The notes beneath the pieces were generated by a model, which saw only the letters and a program-made list of their open reading frames with translations, did not search any database and was not told the DNA's origin. From an uncultured Chlamydiae bacterium (GTDB lineage Bacteria > Chlamydiota > Chlamydiia > Chlamydiales > SM23-39), in assembly GCA_963828125.1 (NCBI GenBank), contig CAWHDP010000002.1:1024001-1088000 (forward strand): a DNA stretch of 64,000 bases. Direction: 5' to 3'. Below are positions 59,732 to 64,000 of the stretch, piece by piece. A program made the translations under genes and the position numbers. Every line of letters starts with the position of its first letter. Within the stretch, counting starts at the first letter, position 1.

Positions 59732-60304
59732 TTATCCGCGTTCCGGCACAAGCTGATTGTTCTGATTACAAATTTGTTTAATAATTCTTCCTAAATGTTG
59801 CTTAGAAGGAATTAAATAACTTTTGGCTGTCGTTGCTGGGTCGCTCAATAAGATGTTGTATAGTATGGGATCCTTCGTAATAATCGCTGTTAATCCACCT
59901 TTGACCATAGCATCATGTAACCAATCACCTTCAGCTTCCACATAAGCAATGGAGGGCTTTTCTCTGCCACAAAACCACCCAATTTCCCATGCACAATTTC
60001 GGCCATATGGAGGTAAGACTAATAATATGTCAGATTGATTCATTCCCTTGAAATCCGCTCGATAGATAGCATAATCCATCTCACTTGCTGAAACACCATC
60101 TAAATGTACGTCTTGTGGTCGAAAGAGAGTGAACCCTACACCTAATTCTTCTGATATTATGTCGTTCCATTGCTTTGCTGACTGAGTTAACCGAGAGCAC
60201 AAATAAATGTGTAACGTTTCTTCTTGGCATGACAACTCTAGCGAATACATAGAAACCCAAAGAAATAATAAGTTAGCGAGAATTCTTTTCATAAAGAGAC
60301 TCAC
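59732..60304 (-). CDS. Nucleoside 2-deoxyribosyltransferase-like protein
   Basis: IYLCS, LFRPQ, DFKGMNQSDILL, CAWEIGW. Confidence 0.6.
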   Translation of the reverse strand: MSLFMKRILANLLFLWVSMYSLELSCQEETLHIYLCSRLTQSAKQWNDIISEELGVGFTLFRPQDVHLDGVSASEMDYAIYRADFKGMNQSDILLVLPPYGRNCAWEIGWFCGREKPSIAYVEAEGDWLHDAMVKGGLTAIITKDPILYNILLSDPATTAKSYLIPSKQHLGRIIKQICNQNNQLVPERG

Positions 60305-60421
60305 AATACTGAAATCCGGAGAGTGATGTTAGCATATTAGGGTGTCGGATTGCCAGAATAATTTACAGATCAAACCCAATTGTCTTTTCGTTTATCTCGG
60401 TATCAATCGCAATAGGCAATG

Positions 60422-60661
60422 CTAATGAATGACCCAACCGCATAGCCTGAAGCCTTTGAAGCTCAGATCCCAACCAAGAATGTGTGGCAATGGACCATAG
60501 AAGTCCTTATAGCGTCCCTGGCGTACTTTTGCATCAAATGGGCTTACACCAGCACTACGCACTCGTACTAAGACCTCGTCTGCATTGATCGTTGGGGTAT
60601 CGGTATCCTCGTATCGAAGAACTTCAGGTCCCCCATAAGCGTGAAAACGGATCACTTTCAT
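60422..60661 (-). pseudogene. N-terminal fragment of NADPH:quinone reductase (MDR family)
   Basis: YGGPEVL, EVLVRVRSAGVSPFD, PHILGWD then truncated. Confidence 0.8.
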
Positions 60662-60966
60662 TCTTTTTTCTCTCTCTGCTGTGTCGATAATAGTGGATCA
60701 TGAAGGCCTGGGACAAATTCTATGATCTGGTATTCACTCACCTTTGCTTGAGTGAATGGGTCATCTCTTAAAAATTGCTCAAATTTATCTCGAGAAATAT
60801 TTTTGGCAATGATCACGCCTCCTGTACGGGGTTGCAATTTCCCAGAAATAAGCAACTTCCCTTCTTCGAGAAATTTCAGTAGATGTTCGCGGTGTTTCTG
60901 TAGCAGCGCATCTATTTCAGCAATAGGTCTTACGTATTTTAGTATTGCGATGAACATATTTTGCAT
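60658..60966 (-). CDS. YciI family protein
   Basis: HREHL, SGKLQPRTGGVIIA, DDPF. Confidence 0.8.
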   Translation of the reverse strand: MQNMFIAILKYVRPIAEIDALLQKHREHLLKFLEEGKLLISGKLQPRTGGVIIAKNISRDKFEQFLRDDPFTQAKVSEYQIIEFVPGLHDPLLSTQQREKKE

Positions 60967-61002
60967 AGGCTATTTGTGATTATCTCCTTGGGTCAATCAT
61001 AA

Positions 61003-61803
61003 TCAAGTCTTGAAAAGATCTTGGTGAGATCCTCCGCTCTTATAGATGTGATGTACTGAAGCTTGTGCTGTAGGAAAAATAACCATCTCTGAAATATCCA
61101 CATGCAGAGGCCTGGTAGCGCAGTAAACAATAGCGTCGGCAATGTCTTCTGCAGCTAAAGGGGTAAATCCAGCATACATTTCCTTAGCGCGTGCGCTATC
61201 CTGCCAACGGACCTCGCTGAACTCTGTTTCGGTCATTCCTGGAGCAATATCGGTAACACGCAAAGATGTACCTATTAGGTCGAGACGCAGGGATTTGCTG
61301 ATGGCCTTCACTGCATGTTTGGTAGCACAATAGACATTCCCTCTCGGATAGTAGTCATACCCCGCTGTGGAGCTTACATTGATGATGTGGCCGCGGTCAC
61401 GAGCTATCATCCCAGGCAAGATAGCGTGGGTTACATACAGAAGACCACACAGGTTGATCTGAATCATTTTGTCCCAATTCTCGGGGTCAGCGTCCTGGAA
61501 TTTGTCACTTGTTAAGGCCACGCCAGCATTATTTAGCAAAATGTCGATGGGTTGCCATGATTCGGTGAGTTCTTTGATAAGAGTGTCAATCTGCTTTCGG
61601 TCCTGAACATCAAGAGAAAGAGGCAGCACATCCACATGATAACGCTCATGCAATGCGCGTGCTAGCGTTTCCAAACGCTCCTTCCTCCGTGCAGTAATAA
61701 TGAGACGGGCACCTGCTGCGGCAAACTGTTCCGCGGAAGCCTTCCCCATTCCACTTGAGGCTCCCGTAATGAAGACGATCTTATTCTTTAACGACATAGC
61801 CAT
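61003..61803 (-). CDS. SDR oxidoreductase (YdfG-like)
   Basis: TGASSGMG, NNAG, YCATK, IAPGMTETEFS. Confidence 0.9.
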   Translation of the reverse strand: MAMSLKNKIVFITGASSGMGKASAEQFAAAGARLIITARRKERLETLARALHERYHVDVLPLSLDVQDRKQIDTLIKELTESWQPIDILLNNAGVALTSDKFQDADPENWDKMIQINLCGLLYVTHAILPGMIARDRGHIINVSSTAGYDYYPRGNVYCATKHAVKAISKSLRLDLIGTSLRVTDIAPGMTETEFSEVRWQDSARAKEMYAGFTPLAAEDIADAIVYCATRPLHVDISEMVIFPTAQASVHHIYKSGGSHQDLFKT

Positions 61804-61947
61804 AGATTAATTTCGATTTAGCATAAACCACATTTATGTTCCTAGCCGTTATAGAACAATCTATAAAATATCCCCAGTAGGGAGGGAGTCATGCGCGCGC
61901 ATTTGAGCGTGCTTTATTTGATTTTGTCCGGAGATCTCTAAAGAAGA

Positions 61948-62184
61948 TTAGCTCATTTGGAGCCCGAGAATTTTTTTGGAAACTTCTTTCATTTCTTTCA
62001 AAATCGACCTTTCTCTTCTTCTCTTCTCTAGAGCCCTCAAGGTGGTACCCCCGTGCTTTTCCCTCTTGTAGTATACCCCTCCATGCATTCTACACCGTCC
62101 ATTCTTCATGCCAGGTTGATCGCATGGATTTCCCCCCTTGGTTCTGCACTTTGCCCCACACGTCTTAACTCCTCGAATCGGCAT
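61948..62184 (-). CDS. HGGxSTG-domain protein
   Basis: CGAKCRT..C..P.MKNGRCRMHGG. Confidence 0.75.
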   Translation of the reverse strand: MPIRGVKTCGAKCRTKGGNPCDQPGMKNGRCRMHGGVYYKREKHGGTTLRALEKRRRERSILKEMKEVSKKILGLQMS

Positions 62185-62659
62185 CTTTGCCTCCCTTGTC
62201 TGGGATTATGGTTTCCATGAGTGCATTGCCTTGTCCGCTGTAGTTATAATTGACTGTGATATTCTGGGCACCCCCACTCCGCTTCTTTTCTAGTTGTTGC
62301 ATCGCCTCATTGGAAAAGCGGAGTAGGTTCAGTCCCAGTTTTTGATCGTCCATGTAGGGCTCAGCCAACTTCCGCATGCCCAACATATGGCAAGCCACAA
62401 TCTGGGCTGCATACAGCGTTTCCAAGCCATCTCTTGGGTTCATCCCCTTCATCAGGGCCCAGAGCCCATCTAATTCGTCTTTCGATATAGATCGAGCCCC
62501 AAACTCACTCTTTCCGTAAATCGTGTTGGCAGCTTCTTGAATCAACACCTTTGCAGCCTTATCCGAATCCACGTGAAAAGCCTGCATAATAGGAACTAGA
62601 GAGCTTGGTGCCTGAATCGACCTGTCGGGGGGAGGTTCGCTTTTTTGTTGTTTAGCCAT
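62165..62659 (-). CDS. Hypothetical mobile-element protein (paralog of 62867-63406)
   Basis: PRDGLETLYAAQ...LEKKRSGGAQNITVNY. Confidence 0.55.
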   Translation of the reverse strand: MAKQQKSEPPPDRSIQAPSSLVPIMQAFHVDSDKAAKVLIQEAANTIYGKSEFGARSISKDELDGLWALMKGMNPRDGLETLYAAQIVACHMLGMRKLAEPYMDDQKLGLNLLRFSNEAMQQLEKKRSGGAQNITVNYNYSGQGNALMETIIPDKGGKDADSRS

Positions 62660-62663
62660 GCCT

Positions 62664-62870
62664 TTAGGTCCAATAGTATCCGCTTTGACTGGCACGTCGC
62701 TTCAACTCTCGGTCTTCAGCTTCATGCTTTTTAATGGCTTCTAGAGCCTTTGGATCACCCTGTTTTGCCTTCAAGAAAAGCTTAAGCCATTTTCTGGCTC
62801 GACTTTCTTGCAACTTCTCTAGCTTTTCATGGTCGTAAAAGTCGATAAGTTCTATCGCTGGAATTTTCAT
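62664..62870 (-). CDS. Small hypothetical protein
   Basis: Translationally coupled within operon. Confidence 0.45.
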   Translation of the reverse strand: MKIPAIELIDFYDHEKLEKLQESRARKWLKLFLKAKQGDPKALEAIKKHEAEDRELKRRASQSGYYWT

Positions 62871-63406
62871 GCACTTACTCCATCCAGAGTTACGGGCTGA
62901 TCCTCTGATTTAACAGTTTTGATATTGACCACCTGCCCCTGATTGACGTTGTATTGAACGCTAATCTGCTGAGCCCCTTTACTACGGTATTTCTGGAGAG
63001 CTTCAAGGACCTTGTGACCAAATTCAAACAGATCGATTGGAACGCTATATTCCTCAGCTGCCTCCATCCCACGAATATAAGTGATGGCAAACTGACTCGC
63101 AAGCGCGGCTTCGATCGCATCTGCTGGCTGGAGCGATTCGATCAGATGCATCACCATCTCAACCTGATCACTCGTCGCCACCGCTTTGGGTTTTATATAG
63201 TTTTCGTGATAGTCCCACTGGGGAGGATCTTTCAAACGGTAAGCCGACTTTATAGTCCCACGAATAATCTGCCTGATTACTCCTTGATTAGTCGGCGGCC
63301 TATCTGTCCTGATTGGATTGAAGTCCTCGGGGACGGGGTAGTAAATATCCTCAGGGCTTTTTTTTTGTTTCGCTACCAATTTGCTTTTTCGTCTTGTAGG
63401 GCTCAT
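62867..63406 (-). CDS. Hypothetical mobile-element protein
   Basis: PADAIEAALASQ...LQKYRSKGAQQISVQY; ATGA overlap with upstream gene. Confidence 0.55.
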   Translation of the reverse strand: MSPTRRKSKLVAKQKKSPEDIYYPVPEDFNPIRTDRPPTNQGVIRQIIRGTIKSAYRLKDPPQWDYHENYIKPKAVATSDQVEMVMHLIESLQPADAIEAALASQFAITYIRGMEAAEEYSVPIDLFEFGHKVLEALQKYRSKGAQQISVQYNVNQGQVVNIKTVKSEDQPVTLDGVSA

Positions 63407-64000
63407 TGATTGCCTCGCAATTGAGGGTGAATGGAAACTTTGGTGGAAGGGCGACCGATTGTCTTCGTGGTTTCTGTTCTGACCCAACCGAATTCTTCCA
63501 ACAGTTTAATCGCATTGGCTACTTGTTCAGCCGTGTCCAATTTCGACCAGTGTTTTGCATGATACACATCGCGAGGAGAGAACCCATCGGATAGGTCTCC
63601 CCGCTTAATCCGCTCTAAAAGGGCTCTGGCCGATTCCATGCTGGGATCTTCGCCAGATGCATAAAGCCGCTTTGCATGGGTTTCCAGATATTCACACCAC
63701 AGAATTGCTTGACGAGCTGCTTGGAGATCGACTTCGACTGGCTGAATGCCTCTTCCTACCGTTTCAATGAGATAAAAGATAAGCGCCAGGCTTGGCATCA
63801 AGGAACGGTACTTTGCCAAATGACTTTCTAAGGCCGGGCCCAGTTCCCCATTGCGCAATCTCTGCTCAAGGTGAGTACGCCATTCATCGAACAAGTGTTG
63901 AGCTTGGGGTGCAAAACGGAGCTTGTAAGTTTCAAAAGCCCCACTCAACGAGGGTTCAAAAGGTGCAAAAGCATCGAGTTGCCTAAAAACCTCAAATGCT
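63403..64000 (-). CDS. DUF3987/YfjI-like replication protein, C-terminal part (cut by window edge)
   Basis: LESHLAKYRSLMPSLALIF, AILWCEYLETHAKRLY, C-terminal wHTH GRPS. Confidence 0.75.
   Translation of the reverse strand, partial: AFEVFRQLDAFAPFEPSLSGAFETYKLRFAPQAQHLFDEWRTHLEQRLRNGELGPALESHLAKYRSLMPSLALIFYLIETVGRGIQPVEVDLQAARQAILWCEYLETHAKRLYASGEDPSMESARALLERIKRGDLSDGFSPRDVYHAKHWSKLDTAEQVANAIKLLEEFGWVRTETTKTIGRPSTKVSIHPQLRGNQ

Noticed and set aside
1..64000. CRISPR array, cas genes or rRNA
   Set aside because: No regularly spaced repeat-spacer array or recognisable cas/rRNA sequence seen

Overview
Bacterial genomic window, most likely from an environmental Chlamydiae-like organism. This is an inference from a transglutaminase/TPR gene next to clpB, an Lpg1974-type MOMP-like porin, an ankyrin effector-like gene and a giant DUF3638-type protein. 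Three zones are visible. (1) 1-16.6 kb is a secondary-metabolite cluster, cut by the left edge, carrying the N-N bond (hydrazine)-forming trio: lysine/ornithine N-hydroxylase, cupin-MetRS-like fusion and FAD amino-acid oxidase. It also has an AMP ligase, free carrier protein, GNAT, C45 hydrolase, two methyltransferases and a bimodular NRPS (C-A-T-C-A-T-TE) with an ACV-synthetase-like thioesterase. The NRPS carries an in-frame, TA-flanked 117-bp palindromic element. (2) 16.9-37.7 kb holds core and host-interaction genes: an ankyrin+J-domain protein, clpB, a ~3,260-aa protein split by a G10 frameshift, an autotransporter and a porin. (3) 37.7-64 kb is a decaying mobile-element zone with two tRNA 3'-half att-like sites (Phe, Leu), xis-parA module, IS66-like element carrying a CXC-type Cys-rich passenger, TA systems, RHS fragments, HGGxSTG/DUF3987 satellite-like genes and many pseudogenes. 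All calls come from reading motifs by eye; no searches were run.
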